64,000 nucleotides of DNA from Elusimicrobia bacterium HGW-Elusimicrobia-3. GTDB lineage: Bacteria; Elusimicrobiota; Elusimicrobia; Elusimicrobiales; UBA9959. Made by a program: the position numbers and the translations under genes. Each line of letters opens with the position of its first letter. The stretch's first letter is position 1. The notes beneath the pieces were generated by a model. That model was not told where the DNA came from, did no database searches, and worked only from the letters and a program-made list of their open reading frames with translations. Below are positions 1 through 11,373 of this stretch, piece by piece. Location: positions 3,303 to 67,302 of the forward strand of contig PHAL01000006.1 in assembly GCA_002840355.1 (NCBI GenBank), given 5' to 3'.

Positions 1-1541
1 GAGTCTATGGCGGTCCGGTCCGCGGCGCTCATCGAGTCGCGGCGCTCCAGCTCGTCGCTGACGGCGCCCAGCACCTGCGAGGCGGCGGCGTCCAGCGAGG
101 GCAGGCCTGCATAGTAGCGCTGGCGCACCGTGTTGGCGAATTTTTTGGAACCGTTCATCTCGAACTCGGTGCCCACGTCCAGGCGCTTGGAGGCGTAGGT
201 GGAGAAATCGCGGCTGGAGGTCATGATGCGGCCGAACTCGGGGTCCTTGCGCATCTTCTCGGTGGTGAACAGCCCCTCCAGCGCCATGGCCTCTATCTCG
301 TTCTCCTGCGTGCGGGGCATATAGACGCCGCGGCTGGCGGCCCAGTCGGCCTGCGACTTGTGCGCGGCCTCGTAGACCACGGCCGGGCTCATGTACTTGG
401 CTATCTCGGAGAGTTGCTCCTGGTTGCCCATCACCGAAGAAGCGGTGTAGCCCTTGATGCGCATGTACTGCTGAATGGTCTCGGAATCCAGCACCACCGA
501 GCCGGTGGCCGCGTCGTAGCGGGAATAGCCGCCGCTAACGGGCGCCACGGTGATCCGCAGGCCGCCGGGGAAGGCCGCCAGGGCCCGGTCGCCGGCCTGC
601 GTGCCGGCCAGCTCGCCGGCCACGGCGGTATTGAGCATGGTGCCCAGCACCTGGCGCTGCTGGGAGGGCAGCACTTCCTGGGGCAGCGAGGAGCGGGCGG
701 CGTCCACCCTGGAGCGCAGCGCGGGATCCACGGCGACACTGCTGTTGTCGAACATGTTGCCCAGCAGGTAGAGCTGGTCGCTGAAGGATTTGCCGGAGAG
801 CTGAGACTGCTGGTCGGGGGTCAGCGCGCCGGAGTTGATAAAGGTCCGCATGTCCATATTCAGCGTGCTGTTCTGCCGCGCCGCGGCCAGGCGCTCGTCG
901 TTATAGACCAGGAACTGGGGATCCTGCGCTATGATATTCTCTATGACCGCGTTGCGCTCGCGGATGACCATGGCCTCCCAGGCGGCCTTGGTAACGGTAA
1001 CGCCGCGACCGGAGCCCATGTTGGCCTGGCCCCAGCTCATGGAGCGGGTATCCGTCATGGTGCCGAAGACCACTTCCCACTGCCTTATGGCCTTCTTCAC
1101 CACAGCCGTCTTCGCCTCTTTATAGGAGGGCGCGTAATTCTTCAGCCAGCCCAGCAGCTTCTCGGGCTCGGGGCCAACGCCAAGGCGGACCAGCGGTTTG
1201 CCTACGTCCAAGCGTATGGCGAGGGCCTGGTTGAGCTGGTTGACGCGGGAGGCGTCCCAGCGCAGGGCCATCAGGTCTTTCAGGTCTTTAAGGGCCTCGG
1301 CCTTGCCCAGCAGCGCGGCGGCCTTACGCGGGTCGGCCTCGGCCAGCTCGCGGGCTTCGCCGTCCCTGAGGTAGGCCACGGCCGCGGCGGGGTCGGCGCT
1401 GGCTATGGAAACCTCGTAGGCGGCCAGGCGCTCGGCGGCACCCTTTTCCTCCGTCTCCTGGGCCGAAAGCGGCAGGCCGCAAAGCAGCAGCCCCGCCGAG
1501 AGGGCGGCCAGGCGCAGCGTTTTGGCGGCGGCGGGTTTCAT
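1..1541 (-). CDS. hypothetical exported protein (partial, 3' end beyond window edge)
   Basis: Minus-strand frame is open from the ATG at 1541 (MKPAAAKTLRLAALSAGLLLCGLPLSAQE..., signal-peptide-like) to the window edge. It is absent from the ORF track because it has no stop in the window. Its start lies 1 nt from the stop of the upstream C11 peptidase gene. The + ORF 360..1814 is its shadow. Confidence 0.6.
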   Translation of the reverse strand, partial: MKPAAAKTLRLAALSAGLLLCGLPLSAQETEEKGAAERLAAYEVSIASADPAAAVAYLRDGEARELAEADPRKAAALLGKAEALKDLKDLMALRWDASRVNQLNQALAIRLDVGKPLVRLGVGPEPEKLLGWLKNYAPSYKEAKTAVVKKAIRQWEVVFGTMTDTRSMSWGQANMGSGRGVTVTKAAWEAMVIRERNAVIENIIAQDPQFLVYNDERLAAARQNSTLNMDMRTFINSGALTPDQQSQLSGKSFSDQLYLLGNMFDNSSVAVDPALRSRVDAARSSLPQEVLPSQQRQVLGTMLNTAVAGELAGTQAGDRALAAFPGGLRITVAPVSGGYSRYDAATGSVVLDSETIQQYMRIKGYTASSVMGNQEQLSEIAKYMSPAVVYEAAHKSQADWAASRGVYMPRTQENEIEAMALEGLFTTEKMRKDPEFGRIMTSSRDFSTYASKRLDVGTEFEMNGSKKFANTVRQRYYAGLPSLDAAASQVLGAVSDELERRDSMSAADRTAID

Positions 1542-1542
1542 A

Positions 1543-2841
1543 TTACCTTAACCTCTCGCTCATCATGTCCAGCAGGAAATCGTCCCACAGCGAATCGGCG
1601 GCGAAAGCCATGCGTTCGTAGTTGGCCGAGGCGTAGCGCAGGTCGGGGATGTAGACGGCCAGGCCGTTGGCGGCGGTGTACCTGTTGCCCCTGGCGGGCT
1701 TGGCCACGTTGGCCACCAGCATGCCCCGCACCTGCTCCCTTACGGCCGCGCCGGCGCCCTTTACCGGGCTGCCCTCGGCCAGGCGGGCCTCCACCTTGTC
1801 CAAGTAATCTATAAGGTCTTTAGAATCCTTATAGGCGAAGCGGGAAACCGAGTCCACCAGGGCCGCGTCGGTGGCCGCCGCGAAGGCCTGCGGGTCGGAG
1901 CGCACGGCGCCCACCCAGTTGTCCAGGGCGTCTTTGAAGCCGTCCAGGGCGGAGGTCCTTATGGCCGAAAGGGTGGCGTCGGTGGGGTAGCTGGCGCCGT
2001 AGGCGTCCACTATGGTGCGGCCCAGCTGCTCGGCATCCATGCCGGGGTCGGTGGCCAGCTGCGTGAGTATGGGGGTGTAGGGGTAGCCGTTGCCGGGGAT
2101 GACCTCCTCGGAGCCCACTACCACTTCGGCGGAGTCGCGGAACTCGTAGGCCACGCTGGCCATCTGCATCAGGCAGGCGTCGGTGGCGAAAACGTCGATC
2201 TTCTTGCCCAGGGCCTGCTTGATCTGGCCCAGCGCCTTGCCCAGGGCGTCCACTTCCATATGGTTCTTGCTGACGTCGTCATAGGAGATGCCCAGGCGGC
2301 CGGCGCCGTGGTTCCAGACCACCAGGGCCGTCTTGCGGGCGCGGTGGCCGTTGCGCAGCGCGCGCTTTACGAAGCGCACCAGGTTGGCCTCGCTGCCCAT
2401 GTCGGCGTCGTTGGAGGAGAAGACCACCGGGGAATTTATGCGGTTGGCGTCCACGTCGCGCGTGACGAAGATGGTGCTGGAGCCGCGCTGGAACTGCAGG
2501 TTGCGGTCGCCAGAGCCGTCCTCGCCAAGTATGCCGTATTCCACCACCACCGACATGCGCTCGGTGGAGCCCACTGCCTCCATCTCGTTTATGTCGCTGT
2601 TGGCGAAGCCGAGTATGCCCAGGTCGTTGACGCCGTTTATGAAGACCAGCACCAGCCACTCGCGCTCGCCGGCGGCGGCTTTGGGCATTTCCACGGCGGC
2701 GGGAGCTGAAACCTCGGGGACGGTTACGGCGGAGGGCTGCTGCAGGCTCCTGGAGAAGGAATCAAGCGAACCTTCCTGGGCCTGAAGCCCGGAAGCCAGT
2801 GCGGCTAATGCCGCGAAAGTTACCAACAGCGCCTTGTTCAT
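1543..2841 (-). CDS. peptidase C11 (clostripain-like) family protein with signal peptide
   Basis: N-terminal signal peptide MNKALLVTFAALAALASGLQAQ. His/Cys dyad context typical of clostripain-like proteases (VVWNHGAG ... ATDACLMQM). A GAGG-type RBS precedes the ATG. Confidence 0.7.
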   Translation of the reverse strand: MNKALLVTFAALAALASGLQAQEGSLDSFSRSLQQPSAVTVPEVSAPAAVEMPKAAAGEREWLVLVFINGVNDLGILGFANSDINEMEAVGSTERMSVVVEYGILGEDGSGDRNLQFQRGSSTIFVTRDVDANRINSPVVFSSNDADMGSEANLVRFVKRALRNGHRARKTALVVWNHGAGRLGISYDDVSKNHMEVDALGKALGQIKQALGKKIDVFATDACLMQMASVAYEFRDSAEVVVGSEEVIPGNGYPYTPILTQLATDPGMDAEQLGRTIVDAYGASYPTDATLSAIRTSALDGFKDALDNWVGAVRSDPQAFAAATDAALVDSVSRFAYKDSKDLIDYLDKVEARLAEGSPVKGAGAAVREQVRGMLVANVAKPARGNRYTAANGLAVYIPDLRYASANYERMAFAADSLWDDFLLDMMSERLR

Positions 2842-2967
2842 AAATCCTCAACTATATTCTGCGTCGCCGGTTGACATTAATCAAAGGTCTTAAGCCCCAG
2901 GCCGCAGTAGGTCTTTGGTCCTATACGGCCAAACCTCTCATTGGGAGCATCGACGTCGCCCTAATAT

Positions 2968-2994
2968 TATACGTATATATCTTGACTTGTCAAG
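2968..2994. promoter_or_regulatory. AT-rich divergent control region with two short palindromes (tatacgtata, cttgac-tt-gtcaag)
   Basis: An AT-rich island in otherwise GC-rich DNA, between the divergent peptidase operon (start 2841, -) and the TolC/RND operon (start 3082, +). It holds a perfect 10 bp palindrome at 2968-2977 and a 6-2-6 inverted repeat at 2981-2994 containing TTGACT. Confidence 0.25.
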
Positions 2995-3081
2995 GGTGGA
3001 GGACTTGACCGGACAATAAAAAGCCGGGGTGAAACTTTATGCCCTTGGCCGCATCTCATAAAGGCAGGCAAAGGAGACAGC

Positions 3082-4428
3082 ATGAAGCTTATACTTTCAA
3101 CCCTTATAATACTGTCCGCGCCGGCCCTGGCGCTGGCACAGGCGGAGCTCTCCCTGGAGGAAGCCGTAAACCGGGCGCTCAAGACCGATAATATAGTTCA
3201 GACCGAGGCCGACCGCGTGAGCGGGGCCCGGGCCGGCCTGCGTCAGGCCCGGATGAGCCGCCTGGGCGGCCTGAAGCTTAAAGGCATGTACACGGACGGC
3301 AATGACCCCGTTTACGCTTTCGCCACCGCCATGAAGCAGGGCACCTTCGGCATGGCCTCCCTGGCCACCATAAACGATCCCGACCCGGCCCGCAACTATA
3401 TGGCGGGCATAGAGGCCGGAATACCCCTTTTCACCGGTTTCGCCCTGTCCAACGCGGCCAAGATGGGCAATCTGGGGGTAGAAGCGGCCAGCAGCGGCTA
3501 TGAGCGGGCCCGGGCCGGCATAACCTTCAAGACCACCTACCAGTGGCTGACCGTGGCCCTGCGCGAGCGCCTGGCCGGCCTGGCGGCCGACAGCATAAAG
3601 GCGGCCGAAGAGGAGCTGAAGACGGCCCAGATGTTGAAGGACAAGGGCATGGTGCTGGGCTCGGACTATTTCGGCGCCGAGGCCATACTTTCAACCCTTA
3701 AGGGTTACCAGATCAATTGGGACAGCGCCCTGAGGCTGGAGCGCGAGAAGCTCGGCATAGCCGTGGGCCTGCCCGGCGGCGCCGGCGCGGCCGGCGCGCT
3801 GATAGACCCCGGTTACGGCGTCCTGGACCGCGGCGCCCTGGCCTCGGCCGCCTCCGGCCGCCGCGATGTGCGCGCGCTGGAAAAGCTGGCCGAGATCTCC
3901 AAGGTATCGGTTTCGATGCAGAAGAATTCGGTGCTGCCGGTGGTGGAAGCCTTCGGCGCCTGGGAGACCAATTCCGAAAGCCTGTCCGAATTCAGGGACA
4001 ACCGGCTGCTGGGCATACGCCTGACCATGCCGATAGGCGACCCAGCCTGGTTCGCCAGGCGCGACGGGGCCAAGGCCGAGGCCGCCATGGCGGACGGCCG
4101 GGTACAGGAAGCGCGCCGCCAGGCCTCTATAGAGCTGGCCGAGGCCCTCAGCAACTACGCCGCGGCCAGGGACGGCCTGCCGGTGGCGCAGGAGACCGTG
4201 GACAAGGCCAGGAAATCGCTGGAGCTGTTCCGCCCCCTCTACCGCCAGGGCCGCCAGAGCGTGCTGGAGGTGCTGCGCGCCCAGGCCTCGCTGCTGCAGG
4301 CCGAGGCCGGCTACTATGAGACCCTTTATAAGCTGAACCTCTACCGGGCCCAGGCCCTGCTGGCCTCCGAAACCCTGGACGCCGCCGCGGTTAAAGAACT
4401 GTCTGACAAATTGGGGGCAGAGAATTGA
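3082..4428 (+). CDS. TolC-family outer-membrane efflux protein
   Basis: 448 aa with signal peptide MKLILSTLIILSAPALALAQA. Two-repeat coiled-coil/beta-barrel OEP-like sequence (LSLEEAVNRAL..., LYRQGRQSVLEVLRAQ...). AAGGAG RBS. Confidence 0.85.
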   Translation: MKLILSTLIILSAPALALAQAELSLEEAVNRALKTDNIVQTEADRVSGARAGLRQARMSRLGGLKLKGMYTDGNDPVYAFATAMKQGTFGMASLATINDPDPARNYMAGIEAGIPLFTGFALSNAAKMGNLGVEAASSGYERARAGITFKTTYQWLTVALRERLAGLAADSIKAAEEELKTAQMLKDKGMVLGSDYFGAEAILSTLKGYQINWDSALRLEREKLGIAVGLPGGAGAAGALIDPGYGVLDRGALASAASGRRDVRALEKLAEISKVSVSMQKNSVLPVVEAFGAWETNSESLSEFRDNRLLGIRLTMPIGDPAWFARRDGAKAEAAMADGRVQEARRQASIELAEALSNYAAARDGLPVAQETVDKARKSLELFRPLYRQGRQSVLEVLRAQASLLQAEAGYYETLYKLNLYRAQALLASETLDAAAVKELSDKLGAEN

Positions 4429-4446
4429 AGACTGAAGCCGGCAGGC

Positions 4447-4574
4447 GGTCCGGCCAGGGCACGCCTTCTCCGGGTACGTTCGGCCACACCGTGGCCTCAC
4501 TCTTTCGCTTCGGTTCGGCGCTGCGCAAGCCTCACCTACGCGAGGCCCCTACGAAGGCATACCCTGTCCTGACC
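4447..4574. repeat. ~128 bp intergenic element with imperfect terminal inverted repeats (copy B; reverse orientation relative to copy A at 25061..25191)
   Basis: Ends ggtccggccagggcacgcc / ggcataccctgtcctgacc pair at 15 of 19 positions. The core shares blocks with the reverse complement of 25061..25191: ggccacaccgtggcc, tcactc, tcggcgct[g/a]cgcaagcctc and gagg(g)ccc. Confidence 0.6.
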
Positions 4575-4625
4575 GAGAAGAGCTGCTCAGAATATATTCA
4601 AAGCGGTAAGTTCTAGGAGTCCACA

Positions 4626-7600
4626 ATGCAGAACACTGAACACAAATACGGGATGGCGGGCAAAATGGCGGAGAGCTTTATCGGCTCGCGCCTGACGCCC
4701 ATACTGATAATCACCTTCATACTCCTGGGCGTCTTCTCCACGTTCAAGCTGCCGCGCGAAGAAGAGCCGCAGATCAACGTGCCCATGTTCGATATCATGG
4801 TGCCGTTCTACGGCGCCGCGCCCAACGAGATAGAGAAGCACCTGGTAGAGGTGGGCGAGCGCAAGCTCTGGGAGATCCCCGGCGTGGAATACATCTATTC
4901 CATAGCGCAGCCCAACTTCGCCATGTTCACCGTGCGCTTCAAGGTGGGCACCGCCCCCGAAGCCGCGGCCAATCTGGTCTACACCAAGACGCTCGACAAC
5001 AAGGATATCTTCCCGCGCGGCTCGGGCGAGCCGCTGATCAAATACCGCGCCATCGACGACGTGCCGGTGCTGGCCCTCACGCTGTGGGGCGAGGGCAAGG
5101 ACGGCTATGCCCTGCGGCGGGCCGCCGCGCGCATACAGACCGAGATCAACTCCGTCTCCAACGTCTCCGAGACGCGCATAATAGGCGGCCACAAGCGCCA
5201 GTTCATCGTGCACTTCGACCCGGCCTCCATAGCCCGCCACCGCCTGACGCCGCCCATGCTGGCCGGCATCATCAAGATGTCCAACGCCACGCTGCCGGCC
5301 GGCCACTACAACAAGGGCGACACCCGCCTGCTGGCCGAGACCGACGCCTTCATCCGCAGCGCCGACGACCTGCGCAACATCGTGGTGGGCGTCTACGACG
5401 GGCGGCCCGTGAAGCTCTCCGAGGTGGCCAAGATCACGGACGGCCCCGACGAGGAGGAGCGCTCCGTCACCATGCTGCAGGGCCCGGCCTCGGCCGCGAA
5501 GGCCGCCGCCGCCTCGCCCGCCGTCACCCTCTCCGTGGCCAAGCGCCGCGGCGCCAACGCCACCGAGGTCTCGCGCGAGGTCCTGGCCAAGGTGGAATCG
5601 ATGAAGGGCCGCGAGATCCCCGACGGCATCAGCGTCACCGTCACGCGCAACTACGGCGAGACGGCCAAGGCCAAGAGCGACGAGCTGATCTACCACATGC
5701 TGCTGGCCACGCTCTCCGTCACCCTGCTGATAGCGCTGACCCTGGGCCTGCGCGAGGCGGCCGTGGTGCTGGTGGCCATCCCCGTCACGCTGGCGCTGAC
5801 CATGCTGGTCTATTATCTCTACGGCTATACCCTCAACCGCATCACCCTGTTCGCCCTGATCTTCTCCATCGGCATCTTGGTCGACGACGCCATCGTGGTG
5901 GTGGAGAATATCAACCGCCACTGCGTGCTCAACAGGAAGAATTCCCTGTACCGCAATATCCTCAACGCCGTGGACGAAGTGGGCAACCCGACGATACTAG
6001 CCACCTGGACGGTCATCGCCTCCATCCTGCCGATGGCCTTCGTCAGCGGCATGATGGGCCCGTACATGCGCCCCATCCCCATAGGCGCTTCGGTGGCCAT
6101 GCTGTTCTCGCTGGGGGTGGCCTTCGCCTTCGCGCCCTGGCTGTACGCCCGCGTGGTGGAGAAGTGGCCGGTCAAGCATTGCCATAACGAGCGCGAGGGC
6201 TTCCTGGACCGGATGTACCGCGGCCTGATGAAGAAGCTCATCTACACGCCGGCCAACGGCAAGAAATTCCTGTGGTTCACCACCGGGCTGCTGGCGGTGG
6301 TGCTGGCCATGGTGGCCTTCAGGCTGGTCATTTTCAAGACCCTGCCCTTCGACAACAAGAACGAGTTCCAGGTGATCATCAATATGCCCGAGAGCTCTTC
6401 GCTGCAGCGCACCGAGCGCGCCGCCGGCGAAATGGCCGCCTATCTGGCCGGGGTGCCAGAGGTGCGCGACCTGCAGGTGTACGCCGGCGCCAGCGCACCG
6501 TACAACTTCAACGGCCTTGTGCGGCATTATTTCCTGCGCCGCGAGCCCTACCAGGCCGACATACAGGTGAACCTCTCCGACAAGCACGACCGCAAGCGCC
6601 AGAGCCACGACATAGCCGTGGCCGTGCGCCCGCCGCTCAAGGCCATCGCCGACAAGTACGGCGCCAGGCTGCAGGTGGCCGAGGTGCCGCCGGGCCCGCC
6701 CGTGATGGCCACCCTGCTGGTGGAGGTCTTCGACCCCAACCCCAAGAACCAGCGCGCGCTGGCCGAGCAGATAAAGAACATACTCCGGAACACCGAGGGG
6801 ATAGTCGACGTCGACTCCTACATCCCCGAGGACCAGCCCATCACCCGGCTGCTGGTGGACCGCCAGAAGGCCACCCTTAACGGCGTGGCGGCCGCCGACA
6901 TCGTGCAGACCGCGGCCCTCTCCCTCAACGGCGCCGATATAGACTCGGCCCACGTGGACGACGAGAACGAGGCCGTGGACATACGCCTGCGCCTCTCGCC
7001 GGAGAAGCGCCGCGAGCTGAACACGCTCAAGGAGATCAAGTTCTTCTCGCCCAACGGCACGGCCATCCCCATGGCCAGCTTCGTGCGGGCCGAGGCCGGC
7101 CTGGAGAACCGGCCCATCTACCGCAAGAACCTGCAGCGCGTGGCCTACGTCACCGCCGACATAGCCGGCGGCACCGAGAGCCCGGTCTACGCCGTGCTGG
7201 ACCTGAAGAAGAAGATAGACGAACTCTCCCGCGCCCGCGGGGCCGAGGTGAAGCAGTACTTCACCCGCCAGCCCGTCAGCAATTCCGAGACGGCCATCAA
7301 GTGGGACGGCGAGTGGCATATCACCTACGAGGTGTTCCGGGACCTGGGCCTGGCCTTCGCGATGGTGCTGGTGCTCATCTACATCCTCGTCGTGGCCTGG
7401 TTCGAGGACTTCCTGACGCCGTTCATCATCATGGCCGCCATACCGATGGCGCTGATAGGCATCATCCCGGCCCACTGGGGCATGGGGGCCTTCTTCACCG
7501 CCACGTCCATGATAGGCTTCATAGCCTCGGCGGGCATCGTGGTGCGCAACTCCATCATCCTCGTCGACTTCATCAACCTGAAGGTGCGCGAGGGCATGGA

Positions 7601-7880
7601 ACTCAAGGAAGCCGTGATAGAGGCCGGCGTGGTGAGGTTCAGGCCGATGCTGCTGACCGCGCTGGCGGTCATAGTGGGCGCCGGGGTCATACTCTTCGAC
7701 CCCATCTTCCAGGGCCTGGCCATCTCGCTGATAGCCGGCCAGATAGCCGCCACCCTGCTCAGCCGCGTAGCCGTGCCGGTGCTCTACTACCTGGCCTTCA
7801 AGGACAAGGAATACAAATTAAAGCCCGCCGCGCCCGCGCCCGAACTGCGCGAGGACCTGCTCGGCGCCACCGGAGAATAA
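4626..7880 (+). CDS. RND efflux transporter permease (AcrB/CzcA superfamily)
   Basis: 1084 aa. The N-terminus is typical of RND permeases (AESFIGSRLTPILIITFILLGVFS..LPREEEPQI). 12-TM architecture with two large periplasmic loops. AGGAG RBS. Confidence 0.9.
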   Translation: MQNTEHKYGMAGKMAESFIGSRLTPILIITFILLGVFSTFKLPREEEPQINVPMFDIMVPFYGAAPNEIEKHLVEVGERKLWEIPGVEYIYSIAQPNFAMFTVRFKVGTAPEAAANLVYTKTLDNKDIFPRGSGEPLIKYRAIDDVPVLALTLWGEGKDGYALRRAAARIQTEINSVSNVSETRIIGGHKRQFIVHFDPASIARHRLTPPMLAGIIKMSNATLPAGHYNKGDTRLLAETDAFIRSADDLRNIVVGVYDGRPVKLSEVAKITDGPDEEERSVTMLQGPASAAKAAAASPAVTLSVAKRRGANATEVSREVLAKVESMKGREIPDGISVTVTRNYGETAKAKSDELIYHMLLATLSVTLLIALTLGLREAAVVLVAIPVTLALTMLVYYLYGYTLNRITLFALIFSIGILVDDAIVVVENINRHCVLNRKNSLYRNILNAVDEVGNPTILATWTVIASILPMAFVSGMMGPYMRPIPIGASVAMLFSLGVAFAFAPWLYARVVEKWPVKHCHNEREGFLDRMYRGLMKKLIYTPANGKKFLWFTTGLLAVVLAMVAFRLVIFKTLPFDNKNEFQVIINMPESSSLQRTERAAGEMAAYLAGVPEVRDLQVYAGASAPYNFNGLVRHYFLRREPYQADIQVNLSDKHDRKRQSHDIAVAVRPPLKAIADKYGARLQVAEVPPGPPVMATLLVEVFDPNPKNQRALAEQIKNILRNTEGIVDVDSYIPEDQPITRLLVDRQKATLNGVAAADIVQTAALSLNGADIDSAHVDDENEAVDIRLRLSPEKRRELNTLKEIKFFSPNGTAIPMASFVRAEAGLENRPIYRKNLQRVAYVTADIAGGTESPVYAVLDLKKKIDELSRARGAEVKQYFTRQPVSNSETAIKWDGEWHITYEVFRDLGLAFAMVLVLIYILVVAWFEDFLTPFIIMAAIPMALIGIIPAHWGMGAFFTATSMIGFIASAGIVVRNSIILVDFINLKVREGMELKEAVIEAGVVRFRPMLLTALAVIVGAGVILFDPIFQGLAISLIAGQIAATLLSRVAVPVLYYLAFKDKEYKLKPAAPAPELREDLLGATGE

Positions 7881-7890
7881 GGAGAATTAA

Positions 7891-8079
7891 ATGAAACTTA
7901 ATGACGCGTTGAGGTTACTGGCGGGGACGATGGTGCTGCTCAGCGTTGCGCTGGCCGTTTACGCCGACCCGCGGTGGTACTGGCTGACGGTTTTCGTCGG
8001 CCTGAACCTGCTTCAGTCGGCCTTCACAAAGTGGTGCCCGGCCATCTGGTTCTTCAGGAAACTCGGTTTGCAGGAATAG
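7891..8079 (+). CDS. small membrane protein, DUF2892/YgaP-like
   Basis: 62 aa with two hydrophobic helices and the motif LLQSAFTKWCP typical of DUF2892. AAGGAG RBS 10 nt after the RND stop. Confidence 0.55.
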   Translation: MKLNDALRLLAGTMVLLSVALAVYADPRWYWLTVFVGLNLLQSAFTKWCPAIWFFRKLGLQE

Positions 8080-8095
8080 GGATCAAGGTTAGCGG

Positions 8096-9895
<1,800 letters not shown>

Positions 9896-9994
9896 GGCGA
9901 TGGCGCCGTCCGGTTTACGGCGGACGGCGGACCACTATGATAACATTTAGCCCGCCTCCTGGCGTAATTTCACAAGCGCCCCGGAAGTTTCGCT

Positions 9995-11305
9995 TCAATG
10001 GAACAGGCTGGTCCGCGAAGAGGAGGGAGGCCCTGGCCGCGCCAGGGCAAGCCTGGCCCGCCATTCGTCTATAAGGCCGCACAGTTTATCGCGCGACACG
10101 TTCATTCCCAAATACAAAGCGGGGCTGCCGCCCCCGGCGAACAGCGACCAGTCCATCGAGTCGCCCACCAGGCCCCTTTCTTTGGCCTGGTCCCAGGTTT
10201 TCGTGCCGGGGTAGGGGGCCAGCATGGCCCAATAGGCGTCCCTTATTTTCCCGGCTTCGGCATTGCGGCAGATCTTCTCCAGAGTGGAGTTTATATCTTC
10301 GGCGGTTTCCACCGGCACACCGAACATCAGCAAGGCCAGCACGCCTATGCCCCGGCCGGCCAGCAGGTCCAGAGCGCGCTGGTTTATTTCGCCGCTCAGC
10401 CCGGTCTTGTTCAGAAAGGCCAGCACCTTGTCGCTGAAGCTCTCCAACCCTATAGCCACCTGGTCCATCCCGATGCGGGCTAGCAGGCGGCAGGTTTCCT
10501 CGTCGATCAGGTCGGCCCGCACGGACCCTGAAAAACGGCATTTTCCCGTTAGTCCTCTCTCCTCCAGCCCGGCGGCTATGGCGGACAGGCGGCGCTTGTC
10601 GGCTATGAAAAGATCGTCGTAGAAAACAATTCTTTCGGCCCCTTCCCCCAGGACCAGGCGTTCTATCTCCTCGACCACGAGCCCGGCGGGGAGGGCGCGG
10701 TGGCGCGAGAACAAACGGGAAGAAGAGCAGAAGTCGCAGCGGTAGGGGCAGCCCCTGGCGGAAAAGATGTGGCGCAGCCTTTTACCCCGGTAGTAGGGGG
10801 CCATTTCGCCGCTGGGAAGGGGAAGCTGCGCCAGATCGGCGACGGGTTCGCGCTCCGGGGTCGAATGCAAACGGCCGTCCCGGTAAAAAGCCAGCCCGGG
10901 AACTCCGGCCAGATCGGAGTGATCAAAACGGGAATGCCGCATATAGGACCGCAGCGCTTCCACCAGCGTGAGCTCGCCTTCACCTATCACGGCCAGGTCG
11001 AAACATTTATCCAGAGAACCGGGCGCCATGGAAATGTGTATGCCGCCCAGTATCACCGGCACGCCCAGCTCGGCTTTGATGCTTTTCGCCCATTTTACGG
11101 CGAGGGCGTAGTTATCCGTATTGGCGCTGATCCCTACCAGGCCGGGGGCTTCTTTCAACAGCTGTTCCGGCCTTTCAGCCAGCACCACCTCCGTTCCGGG
11201 CAGGGATCTGTTTATGCTGGCCGCCAGAAAGCCAGGGCCGAGAGGAGGCAGGGAGGTCAGGTCCCCCTCCGCCGCCACTATCAGCCCTATTTTAAGTGTT
11301 TTCAT
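9995..11305 (-). CDS. B12-binding-domain radical SAM enzyme (class B)
   Basis: N-terminal Rossmann-like B12-binding region (KIGLIVAAEG...VPVILGGIHIS) followed by the CxxxCxxC motif ARGCPYRCDFCSS. Start chosen at MKTLKIG (11305) rather than the ORF-track 11338. Confidence 0.8.
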   Translation of the reverse strand: MKTLKIGLIVAAEGDLTSLPPLGPGFLAASINRSLPGTEVVLAERPEQLLKEAPGLVGISANTDNYALAVKWAKSIKAELGVPVILGGIHISMAPGSLDKCFDLAVIGEGELTLVEALRSYMRHSRFDHSDLAGVPGLAFYRDGRLHSTPEREPVADLAQLPLPSGEMAPYYRGKRLRHIFSARGCPYRCDFCSSSRLFSRHRALPAGLVVEEIERLVLGEGAERIVFYDDLFIADKRRLSAIAAGLEERGLTGKCRFSGSVRADLIDEETCRLLARIGMDQVAIGLESFSDKVLAFLNKTGLSGEINQRALDLLAGRGIGVLALLMFGVPVETAEDINSTLEKICRNAEAGKIRDAYWAMLAPYPGTKTWDQAKERGLVGDSMDWSLFAGGGSPALYLGMNVSRDKLCGLIDEWRARLALARPGPPSSSRTSLFH

Positions 11306-11373
11306 TTTCCTGTAACGCCCGGGAATACCGCAGGCCACGGAAATTCTACCTTAAACCCCCGCGCCGCCGGCGC

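Noticed and set aside
360-1814. 484-aa + strand ORF at the left edge
   Set aside because: It is the shadow of the minus-strand exported-protein gene (1..1541) and the 3' end of the C11 peptidase gene. The minus frame has a signal peptide, operon coupling and sensible composition.
4425-4616. 63-aa ORF across repeat copy B, and the 112-153-aa ORFs across copy A (25046..25507)
   Set aside because: The ORFs lie on the repeat in opposite orientations and give unrelated peptides. They lack RBSs. The 25046..25507 ORF also runs antisense into tusA.
5997-7475. 492-aa minus-strand ORF (and 4587..5921, 444 aa) inside the RND gene
   Set aside because: Antisense shadows of the 1084-aa RND permease. The translations are His/Gly/Asp/Arg-rich without TM or domain structure.
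9905-9935. Hairpin cgccgtccg…cggacggcg between the radical SAM gene and the ABC-F gene as a terminator
   Set aside because: No U-tract on the minus strand. It more likely forms part of the ABC-F 5' UTR or has no function.
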